Below are positions 1 to 13,024 of a stretch of 64,000 nucleotides of DNA, piece after piece. The notes below the pieces were generated by a model. It worked only from the letters and a program-made list of their open reading frames with translations, was not told the origin of the DNA and did not search any database. Positions within the stretch are counted from its first letter, which is position 1; every line of letters begins with the position of its first letter. The DNA is from Penicillus capitatus (taxonomy: Eukaryota; Plantae; Chlorophyta). The position numbers and the translations under genes were made by a program. The stretch spans positions 1,549,197 to 1,613,196 of the forward strand of contig OZ287694.1 of assembly GCA_965649825.1 (NCBI GenBank). The letters are read 5' to 3'.

Positions 1-166
1 TTGACAGCGCATGCCGTTTCCGGGTCATTTCCATCTAATAGCAATCGACGTCATTTCTGCCGCTCGAATTGGTATTTATATGAGCGCGCGCAGTCGCCAT
101 CTATGTCAGAACTAATCGCTTCACCTTCTCAGTAAAACGCCGTTCGCAGGAAACGGTGCAGCGATC

Positions 167-2733
167 ATGTCCAATCATTACGTCTTTTTCGGTGGCGAAA
201 ACGGAGTCAGGGAATCTGCCGAGTGGTCCAGTAGACGGAGTGCAAACGAAAGAACACTGGAAGAAGAGACGAATAGAGACGCATTAACACAAGGTGCCTC
301 ATAGCTACTGCGAGACACAATTCATGCTCTCTTCCTTCAGGATACGTCAACGGCATCTCCATAGTGACACGCACTGACATCCACGTTCCCTTCTGGACTG
401 ATCAAACAGCGACGGAGTAAGACATGAGCATCTCGGGGAGACGGACCGAGTGCGTGTGTTCGTGCAGGCTGATTGCCGAACACGGCACCAGAGTCATCCA
501 TGCCAGCAACAGCAACGGCGTCCCTCTGATGTGCGACGCCATCGTCCACGAACAGCTGCATAGCGCAAAACTATTGAGGGACTTTGCCAGTGAGCACGAT
601 CTTTTCGTCGACGTCGACCATGGGGGGTGTCCCACTCTGGACTGGGCCATGAGGACAAGATCTGATGACGTGGCCAAGTTTGTCTTGGATTCCCTGGCAG
701 AGAAGCTTCTGTCAGTGGAGGAATCTCGTGCCATCCTGACGAACTACTTGTCCCCGCTGATGGAACAGTTCCCAGAATTGATAGCAGACTATTTGGAGAA
801 CGATAAGTTCTCATTCGAGTACGGTAGATTCAGTGTGCCCTACACGCTGTTCGAGAAGAACGGCAAGTGTCCGATCGCTATGACGACGGACGAGGAATTG
901 GGCGACTGGACGATGCCGGACAGTGCAGCAACGAAAGACTTCTGGATGCGCAACAGCGAAGAGCAGCACACGACAGAGATGGCCAAGACATCAGACGTCC
1001 ACGTCGACGTGATCGCAAAGTTCCTCTGCATCGATCTGAACTGTATCCGATTCAGTTATTGCAGTCTCTGGAAGCCGTGGAAACGGTTTTGTTGTCCGAG
1101 GAATCTGTTGGGACAGCTGGCAGCGTCCAATCTTCCAATCCGTGCTTTCAGATCGGAGTCCTTTCAAACATTTTCCAACTGGGTCTTCTACTCACTCTTC
1201 AGTCGATTCATCTGTCTCCTGATTCTGGACACTCTGGCAGCTGTCCTCTTCTCACACGTCACACTGATCTATGGACTTGGACATGGAGACGACGATGGAT
1301 GGGAGAAATGGCTCTCCTTTTCCTTCATTAGTGCGACTTTCTTGATATCTCTGTTCACACTGTGGCTCGTCCGTTGCTCGGTGATCAAGTGAGTCACTCA
1401 CTCATCAGTAGGGATACGTCAAGGTCTGACGGTCGTGCGATGCAGATTGCTCAACGTATTGGTCACTCTGTTGCTGGTCATTCACGTCTTCCAGTATTCA
1501 GAACAGAGCCAGTATTCTGCCTTCTTAACCTCCATCGAGTGCATTCTCTGCTGGATCCTGGTAACCCATTTCCAATCCCTCGTGCATTGATGACTGATTT
1601 CGCTTTCTGTACGTGCATGTTCATACAGATCGTCGAGGCTCTGCGGCCCTTCGACAGCATTGGACACTTCGTCTCCGTGGTCATCTACTCGTTCAGAGCT
1701 ATCATACCTTTCTGCGTCCTTGGCGCATCTGTCTTGTTTGGTTTCGCTTTCTCCTTCCGAATTCTCTTTAATCTGAAGTTCTATAATGATACCCACAGCG
1801 ACGGCGGAGCACCAGGACCAGACGAGACGCTTACGGCGACTGTCGACGAACTTGATACCAGCAGTGATGGCGGAGCACCAGAACCAGGACCAGACGAGAT
1901 GCTTACGGCGATTGCCAACAACACTGGATGTCCAGTAAACAATGACGACTATGGAGACCTCAGCTCTTTCTTTCATGTCCTGAAGCTCCTCTTTCAGGCA
2001 GCCGCCGGCAACTTCGAAGAGAAGGTGCCATCCCTTGGGCGGTCAGTTTCCGATTCACATTATGGTGTGTATTTAGGCTTTTCGATCAACGCATACATTC
2101 ATTGGCGTGTGGAGATCACTCCTGTTCAACGGTTTCATCTTCGCTGGCGGAATTGTGCTGCTCAGTCTGCTTATCGCCATCTTGAACGACACATACAGCA
2201 GCGTCCGATTCACCCAGAGGGAAGATTTGGTGAAATGTCGGGCAAGGATGGGAGGGGCCACTCTGTGTACCCCCTGGATGCTCATTGCTCTTAAGTGCAT
2301 CACCCGGTGCGTCATAACAGAAAGGAGCTGATAAATCTCTTACTCAACGATCCTGTACAGGACACTCTGTTGTGACAGAAGCAATGAGAATAGGCCAATG
2401 CAGTCGATTAACACAAGCCGCAGTTACTGTCGCCGATTTCGTCTGGATGCTCGTGACCGACAGAAGTTCTTTCACTATTTAGTTCCTGTGAGCCAGACAG
2501 GTGAACAGACACCAGAACGGAAGACCAGAAAGCTGCTTTTATTCGAGAGAATGATTCAGAGAAAGATGCAACAATATACCGAAAGGGTCGATCAACAGTT
2601 CGAGAGGGTCGATCAGCAGTTAGCCAAGTTCGACGAACAGTTTAACTGCATACTGGGCACAATGACAAAGCTCGATGAGCGCTTGCAGCAGATGCAAAAG
2701 ATATTCGGAGCCGAAGGCGCGGAGGAAATCTAA
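167..2733 (+). CDS. TRP-like cation channel (copy A): ankyrin-like N-terminus, 6 TM, pore loop, C-terminal coiled coil; multi-exon
   Basis: Spliced frame from ATG 167 through GT-AG introns (294-339, 417-467 and later ones). Motifs: pore LKLLFQAAAGNFEE, S6 IVLLSLLIAILNDTY, post-S6 FFHYLVP, coiled-coil tail. Pieces correspond to ORFs 424-1392, 1362-2294, 2107-2331 and 2398-2733. Confidence 0.8.
1788..1919 (+). repeat. In-frame tandem duplication (about 66 nt) in the S5-pore turret of copy A
   Basis: DTHSDGGAPGPDETLTATVDEL is followed by DTSSDGGAPEPGPDEMLTAIAN; the DNA units start GATACC at 1788 and 1854. Confidence 0.85.
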
Positions 2734-3872
2734 GAACTGAAGGGACAGTTGACGACTGTGCCGAATAAGACCACTTAACGACAGAATACTTCTATCAAGC
2801 CGTTTGCGGACAATGAAGACTGAATCGCGAATACAATGACCCACTTATTGAATTTCAGCGCACGTCGATCGTATTTGTTTTCCTTGAAGACATGCATGAT
2901 GAGGCGGTGTACTTTTTGGTGCTGAGTTTCCTTACATTCAGCGGCTTGTGATTCTTTTCTATACATTTGCACTCTTTTGACGCTAAAGTACGGACCGTAC
3001 ATCGTCTTTATGCTTCATGATTTTGCACCGACCCTGCCTTCCACTCTTCCCACATCGCAGGGTATCATTTCCCGGCTTATGATATATCATTTTGTCCATT
3101 TTCGCTAATCAACATTCAGCCTTTAGTCGAGACTCCTGTATTCACATATCGAGCCGTTTTTTGAATGAGAGATCATACATGTCGCTGACCAGATCGTTAT
3201 CTTTTATACGACCCCGTAGAAGTACACTCGTATAAACCTCAATCCTACTTAAGAGTCACTATCAAAAGACTGTCTTTCGTGAGGTCTTCTTGTTGGTTTT
3301 ACAGAGTCGACATCGATTGTGTACAGTATTGCCAGACCTATTTGTCTTCTGCCAGAGGCACCTGTTCTTCCTTTTTTGCTCTGCTTCTAAACTCTTGTAC
3401 AAACCTATTCGAAACAACAACTTAGTGGATTTTATGGACGCGGTCGAACGCAAAGAATGGAAGATTCTGGATCATTCTACTGTGAACTGCAGCACTAAAT
3501 ACCTCAGCGAAAGGCTTTAAACATACATTCACACACTGTCAACTGCAGGACAGGAATATTCCTTTTTCGTCAAACCGTAGATGTATAATGTCGTTCACTT
3601 TTTGTGGATACCACTGCTTCTCTCTGTCCGATTGCCTTGTAGAATCTCATTTTTTATATGGGCGATGAGAACAGTGCGCATGTTGAATGACAGTGAACCA
3701 TCCCAGCCACTGCCTTGTCGTCGTCATGGAGTGTTATTACTGGATACCCGATCCATCAACAATGCATTCTTATCCCACATCAATATTTTAAACAATCTGT
3801 TTGAATCATCTACATTTCTGTATTAAAAGGAACTCGTCTGAATGTCCGTCAACCATTCCTTGCTGTTTACAG

Positions 3873-4983
3873 TCAGCCCGATGAACTTCCAAAAGCAACG
3901 TATTGTAGAAGAGTCATAGGTCCCGCTTCTGTAATTTCATCCAATTCCTCTTCGGACTTGACGAACAGTGTCCCCGCAAATGCCAGCGCGCTGCACAGCA
4001 GAAAGCCTCTCAGCAAATCCGCAGTCGGTTGCCGAGCGTTACTTGAGACTGCAGTGTCCGTGCTTCTCGTGACATCTGGGAATCAAGATGAACCAGTCCA
4101 TCGTCCAGATCACATTGTACGAGGCCATCTCCTCTCCGAGCCAAGGACGAGCATCTTGCAGGAGACCCAAATAAGCCTCGTGGATCTCGCTCTCCTGCCA
4201 GTCTCCGCTAAGACGGACACCGAAGGCACGGAAAGGGACTTTCAATGCCGTCACATCACCCTCGGGTAAGCACGCCTTGTAGTATGCATCCAACGGCAGG
4301 GGAGAAGAATCGCACAGCGGCAGCGGCACCACCTACGACCATGCATCGCACACGTGCCCGTCTTCCCGCATCAGACGCGCCTGGATGTGTTTGTGAGGTT
4401 GACTGGCGCCGGACATGGGACCGCAGTTAAAGAATGCGACGCCCCCTTCTGGCATGCACTACACTGAAGACGCTTTCCGGGCCTCTCCGCAAACACTCCC
4501 TCACTTTCAGCGTCTTCCATGTCGCCGAGACATCTGCCAGTGTGAGTGGCCGGTGCTGATGCTCGTAGCTACGCGTCACGACCAGGACGTGGCGATCCAC
4601 GAGATTAAACTTGTTCAGCAGGAGCACGTGCGTCTCGCTGAGATCCATCACCCAGAGATCCGGATCGTATGGCAGGAACGGATTCCCCTTCTTATCTCTC
4701 AAACCATCGCTCTGCACAGCGACATCGCATTGCCGAGGCATCGGTACTTGGTCGTGGCGTTGGATTTGCGTTTGAGGGCCTCGGAGATACGCACGACGAA
4801 GTGCCCTCTGCTGACGGGGTCTTCCAGGAGGTGCACCTTCGTCGGGGTCTTCATCACGGCGCCTCGTTGCTCGGCACGACGATAGCGCTCTTCGATGCCA
4901 TTCCACAGTTCGCGTCCGGCTGAGCACATCGTTCGCGGAGTCGACGTCATCCAGCGGAAGGAAACGCGCGCTGTCAGATGCAT
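3873..4983 (-). CDS. ATP adenylyltransferase / diadenosine tetraphosphate (Ap4A) phosphorylase
   Basis: NPFLPYDPDLWV, HVLLLNKFNLVDRHVLVVT, AFFNCGPMSGASQPHKHIQ|VVPLP (HxHxQ motif), YNVIWTMDWFILIPR, ALAFAGTLFVK. The start could be 4983, 4950 or 4929. Confidence 0.88.
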
Positions 4984-4994
4984 CGAACGGCAGA

Positions 4995-6839
4995 ATGATG
5001 GAAATCGACGATATCGAAGACATTCCGCTGCCGCTGGACGTCACCCTGCGTCCCCGGCAGAGATCCGTGGCGCTCCGTCAACGTCAGCAGGAGCCCGGTC
5101 GAGGACAGGGCGCCGTTCCGGGGACGCATGCCATCTGGGTGCGCACTTTCGGCTGCGCGCACAACCAGAGCGATTCCGAGTACATGCTGGGTCAGCTGCA
5201 GAGCTATGGATACAGGCAAGCAGGAAGTGGATGGCGGAGAGGGGAGATGTGCTGTTTGGTTTCTAGACTGGTGGAAGAGAAGGAGACGGCCGATTTGTGG
5301 ATTGTCAATAGCTGCACGGTGAAGGGTCCCAGTCAGTCTGGTATGACAAACCTGGTCGAGACGGGACGAAGACTGGGGAAGAAGCTGGTCGTGAGTGGCT
5401 GCGTGCCGCAGGGTGATCGACGCAACGCCGCCATCAAAGACCTGAGCGCCATCGGTTCTCCTGTGCCCGCAGAAATGACAGCCGTGATGTGGCGGCGGTC
5501 GTGCCCTTAGGTGTGACGCAGATCGATCGCGTCGTGGAAGTGGTGGAGGAGACGCTGAAAGGGAACGTAATTCGATTGCTGACGAAGAAGGAATTGCCGC
5601 AGTTGGATCTGCCCAAGATTCGCCGAAGTCCGTTCGTCGAGATCCTTCCTCTCTCGACTGGATGCCTCGGTCGCTGTACTTACTGCAAGACCAAACATGC
5701 CAGAGGTCCGTCACATCATCCTTCTTAACCGTCAGCAGCCTCCATCGATGGAACAGGCGAGTTGGGAAGCTACGATCCAGATCTTTTGGTCAAGAGAGTG
5801 AGAAGTGTAACCTCAGATCCGATGGTAATGGAGAGGAATGCTTTTCAAAGATGGCGATGGTTGGGGTGTGTAGGTCAGAGAGATCTGGATGAGCAGTGAA
5901 GATACCGGCGCGTACGGTCGGGATCTGGGAACGGACATTACTGTTCTGCTGAGGCGCGTGGCGTCTGTTCTGCCGTCGGACGGTCGTACCATGCTGCGGA
6001 TCGGCATGACCAATCCTCCCTTCATTCTGGAGCATCTGGATTTTATCGGTCGCTGTCTGAAGCACCCCTTTGTCTACTCCTATCTCCACATCCCAGTGCA
6101 GTGCGGCAGCAACGCCGTTTTGGACAGGATGAAGAGAGAGTACACCGTCGAAGGTTCGGTCACACTTTTCTCTCGCTGATTTCTCACACTTTTCTGTTCT
6201 GCAGAATTCGAGCACGTGTGTGATACGCTGTTGGCTGCCTGTCCGGAACTGGAATTGGCGACGGACATCATCTGCGGTTTCCCGGGCGAGACGGATGAAG
6301 ACTTTGAGGCGACCGTGAGACTCGTGCGCAAGTATCGCTTCCTTCACTGCCACATCAGTCAGTTCTATCCCAGACCCGGCACACCTGCCGCCAGGATGAA
6401 GAAAGTACCGACCAAGACAGTGAAACAGCGCACGAGGGCTCTCACATCTGTGGTCGAGAGTTTCACCGACGGTTACGAGCATCTGATTGGACGCGAGAAA
6501 ACGGTCTGGGTGATGGACACTGCAGCAGATCGGCATCATCTGGTGGGCCACACCAAGAGCTACACCCAAGTGCTCTTGCCTCCCCAAGAGGGTCTGCTGG
6601 GATCCGTCGTCAAAGTCCGAATCACGAGCGCGTCGAGGTGGTCGGTAAAGGGGGAGGTCATCGATTGGATCTTCGATCCCTGTGGCATCTCGCACGTACC
6701 GCCGCCGGCGGCGGACCTCCCGGCGACGCAGGATGTCGTTTCCGAGAGCTACTGGGACGTCTATTCTCCCTGGATCCTATTGACATTATTAATGGTGGTC
6801 TTGAGCATGAGCATCAAGGTGTTGTTAGACAGCCATTAA
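4995..6839 (+). CDS. CDKAL1: tRNA t6A37 methylthiotransferase (radical SAM; UPF0004 + TRAM + C-terminal TM anchor)
   Basis: [39 protein letters not shown] (CxxxCxxC), [42 protein letters not shown] domain and a hydrophobic C-terminal helix typical of eukaryotic CDKAL1. Confidence 0.93.
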
Positions 6840-9800
6840 AATCCGTCTGTCTCCAGGAGGGACATGACGGATGCGATGATCGGATCCTCTCGCGTATCCG
6901 CCTCCGGATTCTGGATTCTGTACGCCAGAATGTTCTCCACCTCTTTTCGCAGCATCTTGATCATGACGCCCACTTTGGGATGCACATGAAACACCGCCTT
7001 CCACGCAGGTAGTGTGAGAATACCATCTCTGTGCTGCAGTCGTAGACTGCCGCCCGAAAACACCAGCATCGCGTAGACAGGCACCATGGAACACTGTCGC
7101 ACGTAGACCTTCTCTGCTCGGGACAGGGACGTGACAGGAGCCGTTGCCAACAGATGCCGTACCCGTCTCGATGATGTCGGTGTAGACGAGCCACTCGCTC
7201 TCGTAGTGGGGCACCTTGAAATTGACAGACGCTGGATGGAGGAAGACACGTCCTTTCTCCCTTTCGTAGAACTTGAGCTGCTTGGAATCGGCATCGACCT
7301 CTTTGGATCCACCCTGCGTCGCCACATATCTGAAACCGCCACACTTGTCTCTTGGCTCATGGCTAGCGCGGCGGCGCACTTCTTAGGAGGGTGTTTCACA
7401 CGGATGAGATTCGGATAGAATCCAGCGCAGAGAGCCGCTCTGACGAATCTCGAGTTTGCGGCGAAGGCATCGAAATGCGGATCGTCTTCCGAAATGCCCC
7501 GAGCGATGCGTTGGGCGTAGGATGGCGAGACGAATCCGACATCCGCCAAGATGCGTGCGATCTCGGCACGGCTATCCAGAACGGCAAAGAGCGCCTCCGG
7601 TGAGAGGAACCTCTCCCGGCAGAATGCCACAGCGCGAGCCGATCCTCCTACACAGCAACAGTGTCACAAAGAACGATCGATCTGCACGGGGGAGATGACT
7701 TCTGAGATTGGACTCCTGAAACATCTGCACGGCAGAGAGGAGAGCCATGTGATCACTCTTTGCGTTCTGATAGGGAGCATAGATCTCGCGCTTGGCCGCA
7801 TTGGCCGCGTCCCTTTTCTCCTGCGGACAGACGAAGAGCGGCCGCTCGTACGTCAGCGCCGCCGCCAACGTCAGCATCGGATTCACACACTTCAGCAGCG
7901 CGCCGTAGATTAGCATCTTGCCTAAAGTACATCAAGCTCACGAACAGAGAGAGGGATGGGGATGGCGCACCGATGTGCACGTCCATCGGCATCTTCATGA
8001 GATGTCTTCCGAGAGGCGTGAGCGTCTGCCGTTCGTCAATGGCACCCACGTCGCGCAACGTTATCACTGCCGCTTCCACCTGGGCGGCGCTGGGACGCGT
8101 CAGGCATTCCTGCAGGTGTTTCTGCAGCGAAGCGGCGTTTCCCATGAGACTCAGGACAGTCAGACACAGAGACTCTAGCGGCGTGCGGGTGATCTCTGGC
8201 GCCGTGAAGTCGGCCAGGCGATCCCAGTGATCCGTCGTGACCGCCCGAAAACAGACGCCGCATTGGACCCTTCCTGCGCGTCCCGCTCTCTGCTTTGCGG
8301 ACGCCTTAGATATCCATTGCACTTTGAGTCGGCTAACGCGCTTCTCGGCATCGTAGCCGACTTCCTTGGCCAGGCATGTGTCGATGACGACTGTCACATC
8401 AGGGATCGTCACACTGGTCTCGGCCACGTTCGTCGAGACAATGATCTTGCGAACGTCAGGGCCGACATCTTGAAAGACGCGTCGCTGCTCGGCGGGAGGG
8501 AGCGACGCGTAGAGCGGCAAAACCTGAACACGCTCGAACGACGGAAGCACCTTGGACGACTGCAGCATCCGCACAAGGGTATGGATCTCTGCCGTTCCCG
8601 GTAGAAAAATAAGAATCGCGCCGTTCTTGCACGGAGGCGGCGGGTGTGCAGAGGATCCCCCTGCCCAATGTCGCGTCAGGAAATCTGGTCCTCGATCGTG
8701 TTCCCCGCGGATGACATAGCTCACTAGCTTCTCCAGAAGGGCATAGTCGATCTGATCCACGACCTTAGTGCGTCACCGTGTAGAGGCAGGAGAGTGACCT
8801 GCATTTCGTCCTTGTTTTTCTTCTTCTTCGATGCGTAATGGTGAGTGAATGCTTCGCCTTCGTCGCTGTCAGCATCGGTCATTTCCCATCCGCTTCGCCG
8901 AGCGCTCTGCCGCGCGGCTTCCAGCGCTTGATGGATCTGTTCCATGAAGAATTCTCGAACGGGGAAGGTGAAGCCAGGGATGTTGAGAATGGGCACTTCT
9001 CCTGCCTGCAACAGCTACGAGCTACGGGAAGGGAGCAGAAGGAGGTGGACCGTTTGGGAGAAGTAGGCTTGGAATTCCTGTGCATTTGCTGTAGCGGACA
9101 TGAGGACGATCTTGGGACAGCGAATCCTAGACGGACGAGAGGCCGACTTCTCCAGGAGTTTCTTGAGCAGGAGCAGCAGGAGATCCATCTCTACTGTTCG
9201 TTCGTGCACTTCGTCCACCAGCACGTGACTCACATCGTCCAGCGTTCCTTCCGACACGAATCTCCTCAGGAGAATGCCTAGTGGAGGATGGGACGGGTCG
9301 CATCACGCGAAAAGACAGCGCGAAACGCACACCTGTCGTGCAGTAGAGCACACGGGTTCTCCTGGACTGCGAGTGCTGGTTCCGGACAGAGAAGCCAATG
9401 ACATCTCCAACAGACTCGGAACGCTCCTCGGCCACACGAGCGGCCAAACTCGTGGCGGAGATGCGTCTCGGCTGGGTGCAGACGATGTTGCAGCCAATAC
9501 CGTTGCCACTGGCAACCGCGTCTTCCAGCAGAAACTGAGGGACCTGTGTGCTCTTCCCGCATCCAGGCATTCCTGTGATGACAACGACGGGGTGATGCTT
9601 GACCACATCGACGACCTGGGTGGACGATAGATCACATCGCTGGTCTCGTTGAGAGTATGGACCTGGGATGAGAACATCGCGGCTGGCAGAGCTCTTCTGG
9701 CCTTGAATGCGTCGGAGGGTGCCTGATTGCCTTCTAGGCATGCCTGACGCCGTTGCAGCTCTGCATTTTCGCGTTGAACCTCCGAAGCGCTCCACTTCTT

Positions 9801-11965
9801 TAATTGCGAGCGAACTAAATTGATGGAACGAATATCTTGCATTGTCGGATGATGTGACAGCACACCTGGCGGCTTCCTTGTTCGAGGAAGGAGTGCGTCT
9901 ACTTTCTCCTCCTGTTTACCGATCTCACTCTCTATGGGCTCATCATCTTCACTGTCCGGCTTGGGCGGATCTTTGGAAGCAGCTGCAAAAGGGAGGACGC
10001 TCGGGAGTCTTTGGCGAAGGGATGAAGACTTGGAAGTTGGAAGTCTGGCTGAGCCGCTTCGTACAGCAGTTCCATCAACGCGTCAATTAGGCTGTGCACC
10101 ATGGCCATCTCCACGAATTCTGCGCTCTTCTCTGCCATCTTCTCTGTCAGGTATCGCACAAACGCATATTTCATCGAAGGGCAGGAGAGGGCCAATAGAG
10201 GCAAAGTCGATGGATAGTCCTGTCCAACCTCGCCCACCACCATACGCAACGATTCCTTCCCATCCTGCACACCACGCACCTCTGCCAATAAACCAGCAGG
10301 GAAGGCACTACTACCGTCAGAGGCCGCTGTTTCCAAACGTGTGCATTCGCAGAGGCAAGGAGCTCTGCAGGGATATCAAGAAGAAGCTCCACAGAATGCG
10401 CGTCCGGTACACAGCAACAGTCGCCGTAAATGGCAACGAGCGCATCGCAGTCTTCCTGCCACGGCGATTCATCATCATCTCCCTCCCGCAGCTCCTCACT
10501 CAAACAAATCCCTGATGCGTTCGGCTAAGACAGTTGCCTGTCGCGTCAGTATCGATCGCACCTGTGAGTTGTGTGTACAGGAGACGATGGGCCAGTAGAG
10601 GGTCTCCATCTGCCATATGCAGCGCCTGGAGGATTTCGGGAAGACGATAGCCGTACTGCACCAAGGTGTCCACGTCGGGATCTTCCGTCTCGCTCCACTC
10701 CATCTCACCGTCCGACGCCTCCTCCTCCGCGGATGCTTTGATAACACCGACCGTGTGCGTCTTGGATCCTGAAAACCGCATCCTGGCATCCAAGAAGCGC
10801 AATGCGTGTGTCGAAGCTTGCGTTTGTTGAAAGACGCTGGGAGCTCAGATTCATCCAAATGAAAACAGAGCCAATCGAGAACAGACTCCGCGAAAGACCC
10901 TGTCGGCTGTTGCGTTGCCTGATGCATGGCCTGATGGATGTCTTCCTTTGAGAAACCGTCTTTCATCAGTCTATGCTCCAACCTCTTCCACTCCTCCCGC
11001 ACGCCTCCTTTACCGTCCACGACCCGGCGCGGATATCGATCCTTCAGCATCTTCTCCACGACCTCTTGCTTGGCGTGACTCATCACAATGGCCTGCGGCT
11101 CGCGTTCGAGCTTCTTTGGAGGCGGAGGCGGCGCGTCTGTCGCTTTCTGTCGCTTCTGTTCATCGTAAATCACTTTGTGGTAATTCCAGACGTCAATATA
11201 CTGTGGAGGCAAGACCCGATGAAACGCGCAGTCACCTTCACCGACACCTCCATCTTCGCGAGGGGCCCTTTCGAGTGCGTAAACGAACCTGCCACGTGAC
11301 AGAGGGCAGCCGCCGCAGCCGATTGCACCATCGCTTCATCGACGGCCTCGCTGACGAGTGGATCGTCCAGGAAGAGAACGATGTCTTTCTTGGCATCCTT
11401 CATGTCCGGCACCACCACCTTCTCACTCCATAAGCACTCCAGGCGCCCACTGTGTGACATCTCACTTTGCAGTAAGGCTTTCTGCCCTCAGATGTGACAG
11501 GTTTGTAGATCGGCTTTCGGCGGTTGTTTCGCTTGCACCACTCAAAGAGCAGCAGCTTTGGTGATTTGTGCGTGTAGTAGCCACTCGCACTCCCGACATC
11601 CTGAACGGAGATGCCTGCCTTCTGATCCACCTTCAGACTGCCTCTTCTTCCAATGTCACACATGACAGCGTGCTCACCTCACTCTTCGCCTCCGGAGGCG
11701 ACTCCTTGGAAACGACAGCGGCATGATGCTTCGAAACGTGTTCCTTCAGTCGACCACTCTGAACACGGCGACACAGTCTCCGCAGCGAGAGGGAATGGCG
11801 TGGCTGACGCCGCACCTGCTTGAAGATGCGGTCGCAGTGAGGGCAAGGGTGTTCGAGGTCGCGTTTGTCTGGCAACGGTGGGCCGCTGTTGCCGCATCCG
11901 GCTGCTCCCGAGGTGAAGATACCCGCCTTTGCGCGTCTGTTGTCTCGGTTCTTGATTTTTCCCAT
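6836..11965 (-). CDS. DHX57: DEAH-box RNA helicase, DHX57/DHX29-like, with N-terminal C2H2 finger, dsRBD-like, UBA-like and RWD-like regions
   Basis: [59 protein letters not shown]2 (LTPLGRHL) and OB-fold (VFLHPASVN). N-terminal [11 protein letters not shown] and [13 protein letters not shown]. The 5' end at MGKIKNRD (11965) is joined through a predicted phase-0 intron. DHX57 versus DHX29 is not resolved. Confidence 0.85.
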
Positions 11966-11973
11966 TTTACACA

Positions 11974-13021
11974 ATGCAGCTGCATGCCGCCGAACTCGAG
12001 CCGTTGGCACTCTACTTCGACGCACGACTTCGTCTGATTCCTCTCAAGAACGTCAACGCGCACGAGAACGACGAAACGCAACGCGTGTCGTCAAAGCAGC
12101 GAAAGGAGGAGCAGAAACGCAGAGAAGCGGCGAAGAGAAGCGCCTACCGAGCGACATTCCGACCCCCGTCTGCACGAACGCACACTTCGGGTCCAGAGTC
12201 GAGCCATGCAGATGCGGAAGGGTGCGACGCGGAGCAGGACGTCGCTATGGATGAGGAAGCGTGCTCTGAGGAAGGGATCGAAGGCGAAGTGACACGGGCA
12301 GTACTCAAAGAGCGATTGGAGGCGAAGATCGCCGCCATCCGACAGCGAACGGGATCGGCCAAGATGAGGAAGAAATCGCAGCAGGAGAAGAAAAACGCGC
12401 AGAGTGCTGTGAAGGCGAAGAAGAAACGCAGAAGGAATGCCCTTCAGAAACGGAGACGTCCGGAGGCCTCTGCGGACGATGGACCGCCGCCGAACAAGAA
12501 GGCGAAGAAAGAGAGCGAAGAAGAGGCAGTGGTGCTCAAGTCTTTGGCCTTTACCGAAGTGAAGGAGATAGAGGGAGAGAGAACGATCGGCAAGACGGGG
12601 AGGAAGCGCCGCATGGCTGAGAAGTTCCGCCGATTGGGGGTCGCTCAGGAACAGAAGGAGACGACCGATCGTTTCACCCAGACGGGCGAAGGCGGAGAGA
12701 AGGTTCGCGGACGATGGGTCGATGCCATGCCCCGACATGCCGCGTTCGTCTGTGCAGGTGATCCAGACGGAGTGGAATCGGGCGCTGCAGCGGGCGAGCG
12801 GAAAGAAGGTGCTGGACGATCCGAAACGGATCCAGAAGTCCATCGACGATGCGTTCCGCCTTAAGGCCAGGAGGGCCAAGAAGTGGCAGAAGAGGTGGTC
12901 GTTGGTGGAAGAGGAGCAGACGGAGAGGCAGGAGAAGAGGAAGAAGAATCTCAAGAGAAGATCGGAGGAGCGAAAGAAGAAGAAGGGGCAGCGCAAGGCA
13001 CAGAAACGCGCAGCCGTCTGA
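11974..13021 (+). CDS. SURF6: Surfeit locus protein 6 / Rrp14 nucleolar ribosome biogenesis factor
   Basis: N-terminal RRP14-like YFDARLRLIPLK, LKERLEAKIAAIRQR, K/R/E-rich middle, C-terminal WNRALQRASGKKVLDDPKRIQKS and AKKWQKRW. One intron near 12710-12765. Confidence 0.85.
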
Positions 13022-13024
13022 ACT

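Noticed and set aside
4974-6695. Long minus-strand ORFs (246 aa and 301 aa) opposite CDKAL1, and similar antisense ORFs opposite the helicase and channel genes
   Set aside because: Expected shadow ORFs of GC-rich coding DNA; no independent motifs.
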